From Propionibacteriales bacterium (GTDB lineage: Bacteria > Actinomycetota > Actinomycetes > Propionibacteriales > Propionibacteriaceae), in NCBI GenBank assembly GCA_038257965.1, contig JBBSQJ010000002.1:1188-65187 (forward strand): 64,000 nt of DNA, written 5' to 3'. The translations under genes and the position numbers were made by a program. Shown here in pieces: positions 1 to 9,872 of the stretch. Numbering within the stretch: the first letter of the stretch is position 1; each line of letters begins with the position of its first letter. The notes below the pieces were generated by a model. That model was not told where the DNA came from, did not search any database, and saw nothing but the letters and a program-made list of their open reading frames with translations.

Positions 1-702
1 GCGGCCGGGCTCACCGCCGCCGCACTTGTGCTCCAAGACCGCCGCCTCGACCGCGCCCTGTTCCTGCTCGGCGGGATGGCGGTCGGCGCCGGCACGGTGT
101 ACCTGGTGAAAGTGGCCGTCGCACGTCCGCGCCCGGCCACCGGCCAGCTACTGGGCAGCCCGTCGTCGGACTACTCCTTCCCCTCCGGGCACACCGGCAA
201 CGGCACGATCACCTGGGTGCTGGTCGCAGTTCTGCTCACCGTCGGTGCCCGGGCCGGAATCCGGCGCCTGGCTGTGGTGGCAGCGATCGTGCTATCAGCA
301 TCCATCGGTTTCAGCCGGGTGTATCTCGGCTACCACTGGGCCAGCGACGTCATCGCCGGCTGGCTGCTCGCCGCGGCAGTGATCTGCCTGGCGCTCACCG
401 TGCGCGAGACGATGTCACCTCACAATTCAGAGCCACCTCACAATTCAGACCAGATACCCGCCGACCCGGGCGGTGACCGGCCAGCGGATGATCCGTCGCC
501 GTACTCGCCTACTCAACTCGGGCCGAACGTCGACCCGCAGCCGCCACCGTCTGCCCAACCACAGCCCTCGGCAGGTCAGGCGTCCACAGCCGGTGGTCGG
601 CCGCCCCCACAGGTCTGCGGACCGCCGGCACCATCCCGAGGACCTGGCGCCGGGCGAGCCGGTTCAGCCAGTAACCCAGCACGTAGTACACGAAGAACGT
701 GA
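1..702 (+). CDS. PAP2-family phosphatase (5'-partial; long low-complexity C-terminal tail doubtful)
   Basis: Frame open from base 1; motifs K..VARPRP, YSFPSGH, SRVYLGYHWASDV; transmembrane segments. Confidence 0.85.
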   Translation, partial: AAGLTAAALVLQDRRLDRALFLLGGMAVGAGTVYLVKVAVARPRPATGQLLGSPSSDYSFPSGHTGNGTITWVLVAVLLTVGARAGIRRLAVVAAIVLSASIGFSRVYLGYHWASDVIAGWLLAAAVICLALTVRETMSPHNSEPPHNSDQIPADPGGDRPADDPSPYSPTQLGPNVDPQPPPSAQPQPSAGQASTAGGRPPPQVCGPPAPSRGPGAGRAGSASNPARSTRRT

Positions 703-1332
703 CCAGCAACGTGTAGAACAAGCCACGCAACTGACGGCGCGACGACGTCGTCACCACATTCGCACCATCCCACACGATCCGACCCCGTCGCCGCAGCCGC
801 CGCAACACGTCGAACTCATCACCGCCTTGGGTGAGGTTGAGGTCGTAGCCGTCGAAATTGCCCGGCGGAACGCGATGTTCGTGGCCGTTACGTAGCTCAC
901 CCACCCCGATGCCCGATACACCGCACCGACCGCGGCGAACAGGCCACGGGAGAACAGCGCCATCCACCACGGCGGTTCGCCGTAACGGCAGGGACCAGCC
1001 ACAGCAACGACTCCGACAGCTCGATCGAAGGCGGCCTCGATCTGCGCCAACCAACCCGGGGGATAAATCGTGTCGGCATCGGCCGACACCACGATCTCTC
1101 CGCGCGCCGACAGCAGGCCTCGCTGACGCGCCTGGCACACCCCGCGTACCGGCTCGGTCAACACCCGGACCCCGAACGAACGGGCGACCTCCGCCGTAGC
1201 ATCGGCGCTGTTGTTGTCGACCAGCACGATTTCGAAAGACGACGCACCCTCCTGCGCGCACAACGACCGCAACGTCGCCGGCAACCACTCCGCCTCATTG
1301 AAAGCCGGGACCACCACCGAGAACCGAGGCAC
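509..1332 (-). pseudogene. Family 2 glycosyltransferase, frameshifted near 860
   Basis: N-part VVVPAFNE, VDNNSAD, DADT in ORF 751..1692 (GTG 1332); C-part FDGYD...GGDEFDVLRRL...VTTSSRR in ORF 509..1288. Confidence 0.8.
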
Positions 1333-1695
1333 AGCGGCCTCCCGAGACCGCCGTCCTCCGGTAGGGCACCAAACCCAGCCTGTCTGAAGCACCCGTCGCT
1401 GACTGGGCTCCGTGGCGGAGAGGCGGCCGGGTACGCGACCATCTGCGTCACATGTCACAGTCCAGATTGTGACCAGCCCAAACTGAAACCATCCTTGTGC
1501 AAACACCAACCCCGACCCCGACCCCGGCACGATCTCCGCGAAGCCGAACGGGCAGGTTCGCGACACGACGGACCCGCCAACCGGACACGCGGTTCCATAG
1601 GCCAGCCCATGTCGATGACGGGTAACCGGCGGCGGATCCCAGCGACGAGGTGATCGTAGGTCAGGGCACCTGCTGAAGAGTCGCAGCCGCACCTC

Positions 1696-2163
1696 TCACG
1701 CGATCTCGCGGAGCTCGCGATAGTAGTCCTCCAGTAGTACCGCCGGCTTACCGAGACCACTCAGCCGGCCGACGTGTTGGGCAAGGCGTTCCGAGCGCCA
1801 GGAGACGGCGAGGAAGTCCAACGCCGTCGACAACTGCATCGCGTGGTGGATGAGGATCGTCCGCAGCGCTTCGCTGAGCTGTTGTTGCCGAGGTTCCGAG
1901 CAGACTCCAGGGAGTTCGTCGGACAGGGCGAAGAATCGTCGGATCAGCGGGCCACTGCGTGGTGCCGCGACACCGAGCTGATCGCCGTGAGCGATGCCGG
2001 CCAAGACCGACTCGGCGTCGTCTTGGAGGATGAGCGCCTCGGCCGCGATCCGACGCAGCAGCCCAGCATGGTCGGGTTCGGGCGCCGACTCGCAATCGAT
2101 CAGCTGGACCCGCGCTCCGGCGCGCCCGTGTCGACGTTGCATGACCTCGCCTCCCACGCCCAA
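1696..2163 (-). CDS. Hypothetical protein
   Basis: 155-aa ORF with helical, protein-like composition filling the gap between neighbours. Confidence 0.6.
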   Translation of the reverse strand: MGVGGEVMQRRHGRAGARVQLIDCESAPEPDHAGLLRRIAAEALILQDDAESVLAGIAHGDQLGVAAPRSGPLIRRFFALSDELPGVCSEPRQQQLSEALRTILIHHAMQLSTALDFLAVSWRSERLAQHVGRLSGLGKPAVLLEDYYRELREIA

Positions 2164-2234
2164 GCCGTGTGACGCCAGGTTACGACGGTGAGTGCGGGTC
2201 CGGTCAGCCGGGCAAGATCCGGGAGGATGTGCCC

Positions 2235-3767
2235 ATGATCGACCTCGACGGCATCCTCCTGGTGAGTGCCGTCGTGCTGATCGCGGCCATCCTCGCCGCC
2301 CGCCTCGGCTCGCGGATAGGCCTGCCGGCGCTGTTGTTGTTCCTTGCGCTCGGGATGGCGATGCAGCCCTTCGGCATCAACCTGACCGATGCCGATCTGG
2401 CTCACGCGCTCGGCTTCGCGGCCCTGGTGGTCATCCTCGCCGAAGGCGGCCTGACGACCAAGTGGACCGACATTAGACCCTCGATCGGAGTCGCCGCCGT
2501 CCTGGCCACCCTGGGCATCGCGGTCAGCGTCGCGCTGATGACCGCGTTCTGCTACTTCGTGCTGGGTCTGGACCTGTGGATCTCGGTTCTCCTAGGCGCC
2601 GTCGCCTCACCCACGGACGCCGCAGCGGTGTTCTCGGTGCTGCGCAACGTGCCGATCCCGCGACGGCTGCGTGGCGCGCTCGAGGCCGAGTCCGGGCTCA
2701 ACGACGCACCGACGGTATTGCTCGTGGTCGTCGCCAGCAAAGCGGCCATGACCGGCCCGCCGGAGGGTGGCGTGCTGGGCCTGCTCGGCGTCGGCGCACT
2801 GATCGTTGTCGAGCTGGCGGGAGGCGTGCTGATCGGCCTGGGTTTCGGCTGGCTCGGTGTCGCCATCCTCCGCCGGGTCGCGCTGCCGTCCTCGGGGCTC
2901 TACCCGCTCGCCGCTCTGGTCTGGACAGTGTTCACCTACGCTGCCGGAGCCGAGCTCCACACCAGCGGTTTCGCTGCGGTCTACGTCTGCGCGCTGATGC
3001 TCGGCAACGCCCAGTTGCCTCACCGTGCTGCCACCAGGTCGTTCGTCGAGGGCATCGGCTGGATCGCTCAGATCGGCTTGTTCGTCATGTTGGGTCTGCT
3101 CGCTCAACCGCAACTGGTGACCTTGCAGCAGGTGGGGATCGCGATCGCCGCCGGTCTGTTCCTGACCCTGGTCGCGCGCCCCGTGTCGGTCCTGGTCTGC
3201 GCCGTCTGGTTCCGAATCCCGATGCGGCAACAAGTGTTCTTGTCCTGGGCCGGTCTGCGTGGCGCGGTACCGATCGTGCTGGCCACCGTTCCGGTATCGG
3301 AGGGGGTCGCGAACTCTGGACTGCTGTTCAACGTCGTGCTGGTGTTCGTTGTCGTGTTCACGTGCCTGCAGGCCCCGACGCTGCCGGTGATCGCCCGCAG
3401 GCTCGGGCTGATCGACCTATCCGCGACCCGCGAGGTGGAGGTCGAGGCCGCGCCGCTGGACAAGATCTCCGCCGATCTGCTGCAGGTGCGGATTCCGGCG
3501 GGTTCTCGGCTGGCCGGGATCGAGATCACCGAGTTGCGGCTGCCGCCGAACACCGTCGTATCCCTGCTGATTCGTGACGGTCAGCCGTTCTCGCCGGCCG
3601 CTCGCGACCGGATAAAGGTCGGTGACGAGTTGCTGATCGTCACCCCGGAATCCCAGCGCGAGGTCACCGAAAGGCGGCTGCGGGAGCTCGGACGCGGCGG
3701 CCGGCTCGCTCGTTGGCGCCAAGGCGCCCGGCGCGGACCCAACCCGCCCTCGAAACGTGCGCCCTGA
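2235..3767 (+). CDS. cvrA: Potassium/proton antiporter (CvrA/NhaP2 family) with C-terminal TrkA-C domain
   Basis: Multiple TM helices; TDAAAVFS, LEAESGLND, WAGLRGAVPIVLA; GGAGG RBS before ATG 2235. Confidence 0.9.
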   Translation: MIDLDGILLVSAVVLIAAILAARLGSRIGLPALLLFLALGMAMQPFGINLTDADLAHALGFAALVVILAEGGLTTKWTDIRPSIGVAAVLATLGIAVSVALMTAFCYFVLGLDLWISVLLGAVASPTDAAAVFSVLRNVPIPRRLRGALEAESGLNDAPTVLLVVVASKAAMTGPPEGGVLGLLGVGALIVVELAGGVLIGLGFGWLGVAILRRVALPSSGLYPLAALVWTVFTYAAGAELHTSGFAAVYVCALMLGNAQLPHRAATRSFVEGIGWIAQIGLFVMLGLLAQPQLVTLQQVGIAIAAGLFLTLVARPVSVLVCAVWFRIPMRQQVFLSWAGLRGAVPIVLATVPVSEGVANSGLLFNVVLVFVVVFTCLQAPTLPVIARRLGLIDLSATREVEVEAAPLDKISADLLQVRIPAGSRLAGIEITELRLPPNTVVSLLIRDGQPFSPAARDRIKVGDELLIVTPESQREVTERRLRELGRGGRLARWRQGARRGPNPPSKRAP

Positions 3768-3781
3768 TCAAAACGCCGACG

Positions 3782-4315
3782 CTAGCCGCCGAGCTCAGCA
3801 CTTGGTGAGGCGCTCGCCTGCTCCGGAAGGCAGACGCTGGACGCCTTCACCGCGTACGTCGTCTTGGCCTTGGAGTTGAATCCGCGATACTTGTTGCCGA
3901 CCAGGATGTCGACCGAATGATCGGCGCGCTTGTCCCCTCGTGTGGTGGCGCCCTTGAAGAACGTCTTGACGAACAACACCTCCGGGTTCTTGGCGTCGGA
4001 ACCCACGATGACGGTCTTCTGCACCTTTTCGGCGGTGTTGTCGGTCTTGTCGACCTTGAAACCCTTGGTGCGCATGTGGCGCGCGACGTCGCCCGCCAGT
4101 CCCTTGCGGTCGCCGCCGTTGAAGACGTTCACGCTCACCTGGCTGGACTTGAGTCGACCGCCCGGCACCGACTGGTCGACACACGGCGTCGGCGGTGCCG
4201 GCGCCACGGGCGCAAGGACGTTGGTATAGCCCCAGTACGCGCCGTAGCACAAGATACCGAGCAAGATGAGCAGCGTGATCGGGGTGCGGGCGATCCTGAA
4301 GATGCGTCCTAACAC
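3782..4315 (-). CDS. LytR C-terminal domain membrane protein
   Basis: N-terminal TM; VNVFNGG..GLAGDVA..GF and VDILVG motifs. Confidence 0.8.
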   Translation of the reverse strand: MLGRIFRIARTPITLLILLGILCYGAYWGYTNVLAPVAPAPPTPCVDQSVPGGRLKSSQVSVNVFNGGDRKGLAGDVARHMRTKGFKVDKTDNTAEKVQKTVIVGSDAKNPEVLFVKTFFKGATTRGDKRADHSVDILVGNKYRGFNSKAKTTYAVKASSVCLPEQASASPSAELGG

Positions 4316-4383
4316 CGGCGAATCCTTGCCTTCCTTGCCGACTGCGTCGTCGTGCGGGGGAGCCTACCTGTTTTCTACGGAGG

Positions 4384-4677
4384 CTATTTCAGTTCCAGTA
4401 CGCGGGCATGCATCGTCTGTCGCTGCTGCAGCGCGGCGCGAAGTGCTCGGTGAAGTCCGTCCTCCAGATACAGATCACCGTTCCAGGCCACGACATGGGC
4501 GAAGAGGTCGCCGTAGAAGGTGGAGTCCTCTTCCAGCAACGCCTCGAGGTCGAGGGTCCGTTTCGTGGTGACGAGTTGGTCGAGACGGACCTGATGCGGT
4601 GCGATCGCCGCCCACTGTTTCTGGACATACCCGTGTTCCGGGTACGGCCGCTGGTCACCGACCCGCTTGAAAATCAC
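4384..4677 (-). CDS. Conserved small actinobacterial protein with a ParB/Srx-like DGxHR motif
   Basis: MIFKRVGDxRPYPEHG start; LYLEDGLHRALRA. Confidence 0.8.
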   Translation of the reverse strand: MIFKRVGDQRPYPEHGYVQKQWAAIAPHQVRLDQLVTTKRTLDLEALLEEDSTFYGDLFAHVVAWNGDLYLEDGLHRALRAALQQRQTMHARVLELK

Positions 4678-4738
4678 TGTGTCACCCTAGTCGAGGTACT
4701 CCGAAGCAGGCCAAAGCGACATCGTTACGATTTGGCAC

Positions 4739-6388
4739 ATGACCGTGCCAGGCACCGACGCTCCTGCTCCGCCCGAACCGGAGCCAACTTCGGAGGTGCG
4801 GGCCATCGTCGAGGGCTACACCTTCGACGAGCCGGCCATCGATCTCGGTGTGCTGATGGAGGACGACGAGCCGATCCCTTCGGCCGTCGTGCGCATTCCG
4901 CTGAGCATGCTGAACCGCCACGGCCTGGTCGCGGGCGCCACTGGCACGGGCAAGACGAAGACCCTGCAGTTGATGGCCGAGCAGATCTCGGCCGCCGGCG
5001 TGCCGGTGTTCGCCGCGGACATCAAGGGCGATCTCTCCGGCATCGCCGCGCCGGGTCAGCCAAACGAGAAGCTCCTGGCCCGGACGAAGAAGATCGGGCA
5101 GGACTGGCAACCACAAGGCTCCCCGACCGAGTTCTTCGCCCTCGGTGGCCATGGCGTGGGCGTCCCGCTCCGGGCCACGATGACCAGCTTCGGGCCGACC
5201 CTGCTCGCGAAGGTGCTGGGTCTCAACGCCGTGCAGGAGTCCTGTCTCGGACTGGTGTTCCACTACGCCGACGCCCAGGGTCTGCCGCTGCTCGATCTCG
5301 CCGACCTGCGGTCGGTGCTGCAGCATCTCACCAGCGACGACGGCAAGGCGGAGCTGAAGACCATCGGCGGACTCAGCGCCGCGACCGCCGGAGTGATCCT
5401 GCGGACCCTGATCACTTTCGCCGACCAGGGCGCCGACGCGTTCTTCGGTGAGCCGGAGTTCGACACCGCCGACCTGCTCCGGGTGACCTCGGACGGGCAC
5501 GGGGTGGTGTCGCTGCTGGAACTGCCCAACCTGTCGGAGCGGCCCGCACTGTTCTCCACGTTCTTGATGTGGCTGCTCGCCGACCTCTTTCAGGACCTGC
5601 CCGAGGTTGGGGACATCGACAAGCCGAAGCTGGTGTTCTTCTTCGACGAGGCCCACCTGCTGTTCAACGATGCGTCGAAGGCGTTCCTGGCCGCAATCGC
5701 CCAGACCGTTCGGCTGATCCGGTCCAAGGGGGTCGGCATCTTCTTCGTCACCCAGACGCCGAAGGACGTGCCGGACGACGTGCTCGCGCAGCTCGGTTCG
5801 CGGGTGCAGCATCAGCTCCGGGCCCACACCCCCAACGACGTGAAGGCTCTCAAACAGACCGTGCAGACGTTCCCGAAGTCGCACTACGATCTCGCCGAGA
5901 CGCTTCAGCAGCTCGGCACCGGCGAGGCGATCGTCACCGTGATGGACCCGGACGGCTCGCCGACGCCGGTGGCCTGGACCCGGATGCGGGCGCCCCTGTC
6001 GCTGATGGCGGCGATCCCCGAGGAGTCGCTGCGGCCCGGGGTTGCCCAGTCCGCGCTGATGGACAGATACGGCGAGGCGATCGACAGGGACTCCGCCCGC
6101 GAGATGCTGGCGCGCAAGCTCGAGGCGGGCGCGGCCACTGCTGAGCGCGAACGCCAGGCCGCCGAGGCGGCCAGGCAGGCGGAGCTCCAGGCGAAGGAGC
6201 AGGCCAAGGCCGACGAGCAGGTCCGCCGCGAGGCCGAGCGGGCGGCTCGACCACCCGCTCCCCGGAGCAGGGCTCAGCCGAAGAGCGTCATCGAGCAGGT
6301 CGCCTCGTCGAGCGCCTTCAAGGACTTCGCTCGTACGGCCGGGCGGGAGATCGCGCGGAGCATCTTCGGCACGGCGCGCCGCAAATGA
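4739..6388 (+). CDS. HerA-like ATPase, DUF853/YjgR family
   Basis: NRHGLVAGATGTGKT Walker A; FFFDEAH Walker B; RLIRSKGVG; QHQLRAHTP. Confidence 0.92.
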   Translation: MTVPGTDAPAPPEPEPTSEVRAIVEGYTFDEPAIDLGVLMEDDEPIPSAVVRIPLSMLNRHGLVAGATGTGKTKTLQLMAEQISAAGVPVFAADIKGDLSGIAAPGQPNEKLLARTKKIGQDWQPQGSPTEFFALGGHGVGVPLRATMTSFGPTLLAKVLGLNAVQESCLGLVFHYADAQGLPLLDLADLRSVLQHLTSDDGKAELKTIGGLSAATAGVILRTLITFADQGADAFFGEPEFDTADLLRVTSDGHGVVSLLELPNLSERPALFSTFLMWLLADLFQDLPEVGDIDKPKLVFFFDEAHLLFNDASKAFLAAIAQTVRLIRSKGVGIFFVTQTPKDVPDDVLAQLGSRVQHQLRAHTPNDVKALKQTVQTFPKSHYDLAETLQQLGTGEAIVTVMDPDGSPTPVAWTRMRAPLSLMAAIPEESLRPGVAQSALMDRYGEAIDRDSAREMLARKLEAGAATAERERQAAEAARQAELQAKEQAKADEQVRREAERAARPPAPRSRAQPKSVIEQVASSSAFKDFARTAGREIARSIFGTARRK

Positions 6389-7257
6389 TCGGGTCCGGTC
6401 GAATCGGTGTGACCGGGAGTTCCGGCCTGATCGGGCACGCGGTCGTCGCAGAGCTGCTCGGCGAGGCGTACGAGGTCGTCGGGATCGACCGGCTCCCGCC
6501 CAGGACCGAACATCCCGCCTTCCGCGCCGCTTCCTGGGACGGTCAGGATGTGGCAGCGCTCGCGGCGCAACTGGACGGCTGCAGCGGACTGGTGCATCTG
6601 GCCGCGATTCCCGCGCCCTACAACCATCCCGACGAGACCGTGTTCGCCAACAACACGGTCGCAACCTTCGCCGCACTGCAGGCCGCCGCACAGTGCGGCA
6701 TCAGCCGGGCGGTGATCGCGTCCAGCATCTCCGCGTACGGGATGGCCTATGCGCCCGATGAGCTCCACGCGCTCTACGTCCCGATCGACGAGGACCATCC
6801 GATGCGCGCCACCGACCCGTACGCGTTGTCCAAGGAAGCAGACGAGGCCACCGCCCGGATGTTCTGCCGGCGTCACCCGATGTCGATCGCCGCGCTGCGG
6901 TTCGCCTGGGTGGCGAACCACGATGTCCTGAGCAGCAGCCCGGCCGCGCGTGGTGCGCCCGCGGGCAGCAACGACATCCGCAACGTGTGGGCCTACGTCG
7001 ACGAGCGCGACGCCGCGCGCGCCTGCCGGCTGGCGCTCGAGGCGGCCGAGCGGGAGCCCTTCGGGTTCGCCGCCATGCACATCGTGGCCGCCGATGCGCT
7101 CGCCCGTGAACCACTGGTCGACCTGCTGCAACGGCTCGCACCGGAGATCGAGATCCGCGCGGACCCGGGCAGAACCGGCGGCGGGTGGGACATCTCCCTC
7201 GCCGAGCAGATCATCGGCTGGCGCCCCGAACACTCCTGGCGCGACGCCGAGAGTTGA
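6385..7257 (+). CDS. NAD-dependent epimerase/dehydratase
   Basis: TGSSGLIG, HLAA, ASS, YALSK extended-SDR motifs; ATGA overlap with upstream gene. Confidence 0.9.
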   Translation: MIGSGRIGVTGSSGLIGHAVVAELLGEAYEVVGIDRLPPRTEHPAFRAASWDGQDVAALAAQLDGCSGLVHLAAIPAPYNHPDETVFANNTVATFAALQAAAQCGISRAVIASSISAYGMAYAPDELHALYVPIDEDHPMRATDPYALSKEADEATARMFCRRHPMSIAALRFAWVANHDVLSSSPAARGAPAGSNDIRNVWAYVDERDAARACRLALEAAEREPFGFAAMHIVAADALAREPLVDLLQRLAPEIEIRADPGRTGGGWDISLAEQIIGWRPEHSWRDAES

Positions 7258-7323
7258 GCTGACCAGTGGCCTGCGCGAGCCCACCGGTGCCGGCGAGCAG
7301 GCCGACCAGTCTGTTGCCGCAAG

Positions 7324-8778
7324 CTATTGCAGCGAACTCGTCAGCCGCATGAGGTTGTCGAAGAGCTTCTGCGATCCGGGTCGCTTGACCCAGTCGGCCA
7401 GCAGGATCTCCTTGCCCTTGGACCGGTACTCGTCCTCGACCTGACGCATCTCGTCCACGAACTCCTGGCCATGGACCAGCACCATCAGCTCCATGTGCAG
7501 GCTGAGAGAGCGGATGTCGAGGTTGCTCGTGCCGATCAACGCGAGGTCGTCGTCGAACGACAGGTGCTTGGCATGCAGGATGTACGGCGATGGGTACATG
7601 TAGATCCGCACGCCTGCGCGTAGCAGTTCCTCGTAGTAGGACCGTTGGGCGTGGTAGACCATGAACTGGTCGCCGATCTCGGACACGAACAGCTCGACGT
7701 TCAGCCCGCGGCTCGCGGCGACCACCATCGCCCGCTGGATCGGCTCGTCCGGGACGTAGTACGGGCTCGTCACGCTGACCCGGTGCCGGGCGCTGTGAAT
7801 CAGCGCGGCGAACAGTTTGGCGTTGTTGTCGTTGTCGAAGGTCGGCCCGCTCGGCAGTACCTGCATGTCGAGGGCGCCGGAATCGTCGGGAAGGACCACC
7901 GGACTGGTGTCGAGCAGCACCAACTCGTCGGTCTCGGCGTACCAGTCACTGGCGAAGACGGCCTCCAACTCGCGAACGGCCGGGCCGGTGACTCGCATCA
8001 TCAGCTCCTGCCACTGCAGGCCACGCTGGACGTTCTTCTTCTTGTTGTAGCTGCGGTCGGTGAGGTTCTGCGATCCGGTGTGGGCGACCTCGCCGTCCAC
8101 GATGACGATCTTGCGGTGGTTCCTGAGATCCGGTCGGCGCCACTCGCCCTTGAACACGTTGATCGGGAGCATGGGAACGTATTCCGCTCCCATGTCGGCG
8201 AACACCCGGACCGCCTTCTTGCGGTTGGGATAGCCGATCTGGGCGACGTGGTCGGACAGCACCCGGACCTTGACCCCGCGCTGGCAGGCGCGAGCCAGCG
8301 CGTCGAAGAACGGCTGGGTCACCGAGTCCAGGACGAGGATGAAGAACTCCACATGCACGCACTTCTCGGCCTTGTCGATGTCGGCGATCATCGAGTCGAA
8401 GGAGCCGACGTAGCCGCCGTTCAGGGTCGCGTGGTTCCCGCCGACCATCGGCAGCGCACCGAGCCTTCGGTTCATCCGGACCATCGAAGGCAGGTAGTCC
8501 GGCCAGTCGTCCTCGTGGCTGGTCAGGTGCAGACCGGTGGTCCGGCCGCCGATGATGTCGTTGACCTCGCGCTGTTTCGCCTTGCGCGACTTCGGCAGCT
8601 TCGGGCTGCCGATCAGCAGGAAGAAGAAGATGCCCACGACCGGCAAGAAGACGAACATCAAGATCCAGGCAATCGCCGACGACGGGTTCCGGTTGGTCGC
8701 GACATACGCGCCGGCGACGAGAACGATGACGATGTCGAGAATCAGCAGCAGCCACGGGACCGCGTCGGCCAGGATCAT
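7324..8778 (-). CDS. cls: Cardiolipin synthase
   Basis: Two N-terminal TMs; two HKD motifs (NHRKIVIVDG, LHAKHLSFDD). Confidence 0.92.
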   Translation of the reverse strand: MILADAVPWLLLILDIVIVLVAGAYVATNRNPSSAIAWILMFVFLPVVGIFFFLLIGSPKLPKSRKAKQREVNDIIGGRTTGLHLTSHEDDWPDYLPSMVRMNRRLGALPMVGGNHATLNGGYVGSFDSMIADIDKAEKCVHVEFFILVLDSVTQPFFDALARACQRGVKVRVLSDHVAQIGYPNRKKAVRVFADMGAEYVPMLPINVFKGEWRRPDLRNHRKIVIVDGEVAHTGSQNLTDRSYNKKKNVQRGLQWQELMMRVTGPAVRELEAVFASDWYAETDELVLLDTSPVVLPDDSGALDMQVLPSGPTFDNDNNAKLFAALIHSARHRVSVTSPYYVPDEPIQRAMVVAASRGLNVELFVSEIGDQFMVYHAQRSYYEELLRAGVRIYMYPSPYILHAKHLSFDDDLALIGTSNLDIRSLSLHMELMVLVHGQEFVDEMRQVEDEYRSKGKEILLADWVKRPGSQKLFDNLMRLTSSLQ

Positions 8779-8923
8779 GACTGAAACCCTAGGGGAGGCC
8801 GTGTGGGATCCTCGCCTCCGACGCGAGGTGGCGATCCTCGAACCCCTGCAGACAGAGGTGCAGCCCGTCCCCGGGGTCTGGCAAACCGGGGACGGGCTGC
8901 GGAAGGGAGACGTCGTCGCGAGA

Positions 8924-9178
8924 TCAGCCGACCGGCGTGAACTCGTCGGACCGGGCCGCCGGTTGGCTCTCGGCGGCGCGTGACCCGCTGACGGGCTCGA
9001 CTCGAACCGGCACGGGGGAGTGCCGGGGCGATCGGGACGCGTTGCGACGCTCCTTGACAGCCTGCAGGACCGCGTGACGTGCGGCAGCGGCGCGGCTGAC
9101 CTGATCGTTGACGTCGGGCGAAGCGGAGGCGGCGACCCAAGGGTCGACGCCGGGGTACGGCATCTGGGCGCTGAACAT
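8924..9178 (-). CDS. Hypothetical small protein
   Basis: ATG preceded by AGGAG; 84 aa. Confidence 0.5.
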   Translation of the reverse strand: MFSAQMPYPGVDPWVAASASPDVNDQVSRAAAARHAVLQAVKERRNASRSPRHSPVPVRVEPVSGSRAAESQPAARSDEFTPVG

Positions 9179-9317
9179 GATCGCTACTCCTGGAAGGTTT
9201 GCTCCGGCCCACAGGGATCGGAACGCGGTGATGGACGTGCGGAATCGGTCGCGGACGGCGACGGTGGATGAGGGCTGCGCTGACGGCAGCCGCCGGATGG
9301 AGAGCTCCGGTGGAACC

Positions 9318-9395
9318 TCAGGCGATTGCGCAGTGGGCGGTGCCCGCGGCAGCGCAAACGGCCAGGTCCTGACGGAACTCGGTCAACGTGACCAA
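9318..9395 (-). CDS. Putative 25-aa leader/small peptide MVTLTEFRQDLAVCAAAGTAHCAIA
   Basis: Strong GGGAGGTG Shine-Dalgarno just before TTG 9395. Confidence 0.35.
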   Translation of the reverse strand: MVTLTEFRQDLAVCAAAGTAHCAIA

Positions 9396-9606
9396 CGTGG
9401 GACACCTCCCTTCCTTCGACGACGCGGACCGACATCCGATCCGGGTTCGTGAATGACGCGATCTTGGCGTCGACGTCCAGGCTACGAAATCGCGGCGGGC
9501 GATCACAACCGGTTTTCCAGCCACATCGTCGCGGGCTCAGCCCGGGCCACTCTCATGGCGCGGCTCGGCCCCGGCCACTATCGTAGGGACCCATCGACCG
9601 AAAAGG

Positions 9607-9807
9607 ATGCTCATGACCGACTCTCCGACGCGCCCAGAGGACGTGTCCGCGGCAGACTGGGCCGAGCAGCTCCAAGACGCCGATCCAGTCCGGGACGAGG
9701 AAGAGGCGGAACTGGCCGCGGAGCAACCCGAGCTCGGCACGGCCGAGGTCGACGAAGGCGATCTGGCCGACCAGCTGGTCGAGGTCTTCGTGCCCGACGA
9801 GGAATAG
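9607..9807 (+). CDS. Small acidic hypothetical protein
   Basis: AAAGGA RBS; Asp/Glu-rich; internal ADW/LAEQ-like repeat. Confidence 0.65.
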   Translation: MLMTDSPTRPEDVSAADWAEQLQDADPVRDEEEAELAAEQPELGTAEVDEGDLADQLVEVFVPDEE

Positions 9808-9872
9808 CCCGCGACGAGGGAACAGGACGCGACGAGCAGACGGCACCCGGCCCGGTCGAAAGGATCTGACTG

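Noticed and set aside
416-702. Functional convergent overlap between the PAP2 tail and the glycosyltransferase
   Set aside because: The tail is low-complexity with a short duplication and the neighbour is frameshifted; more likely a lost stop or a sequence error.
4739-6388. HerA-based anti-phage system
   Set aside because: DUF853/YjgR housekeeping-type ATPase with no nuclease or Sir2 partner nearby.
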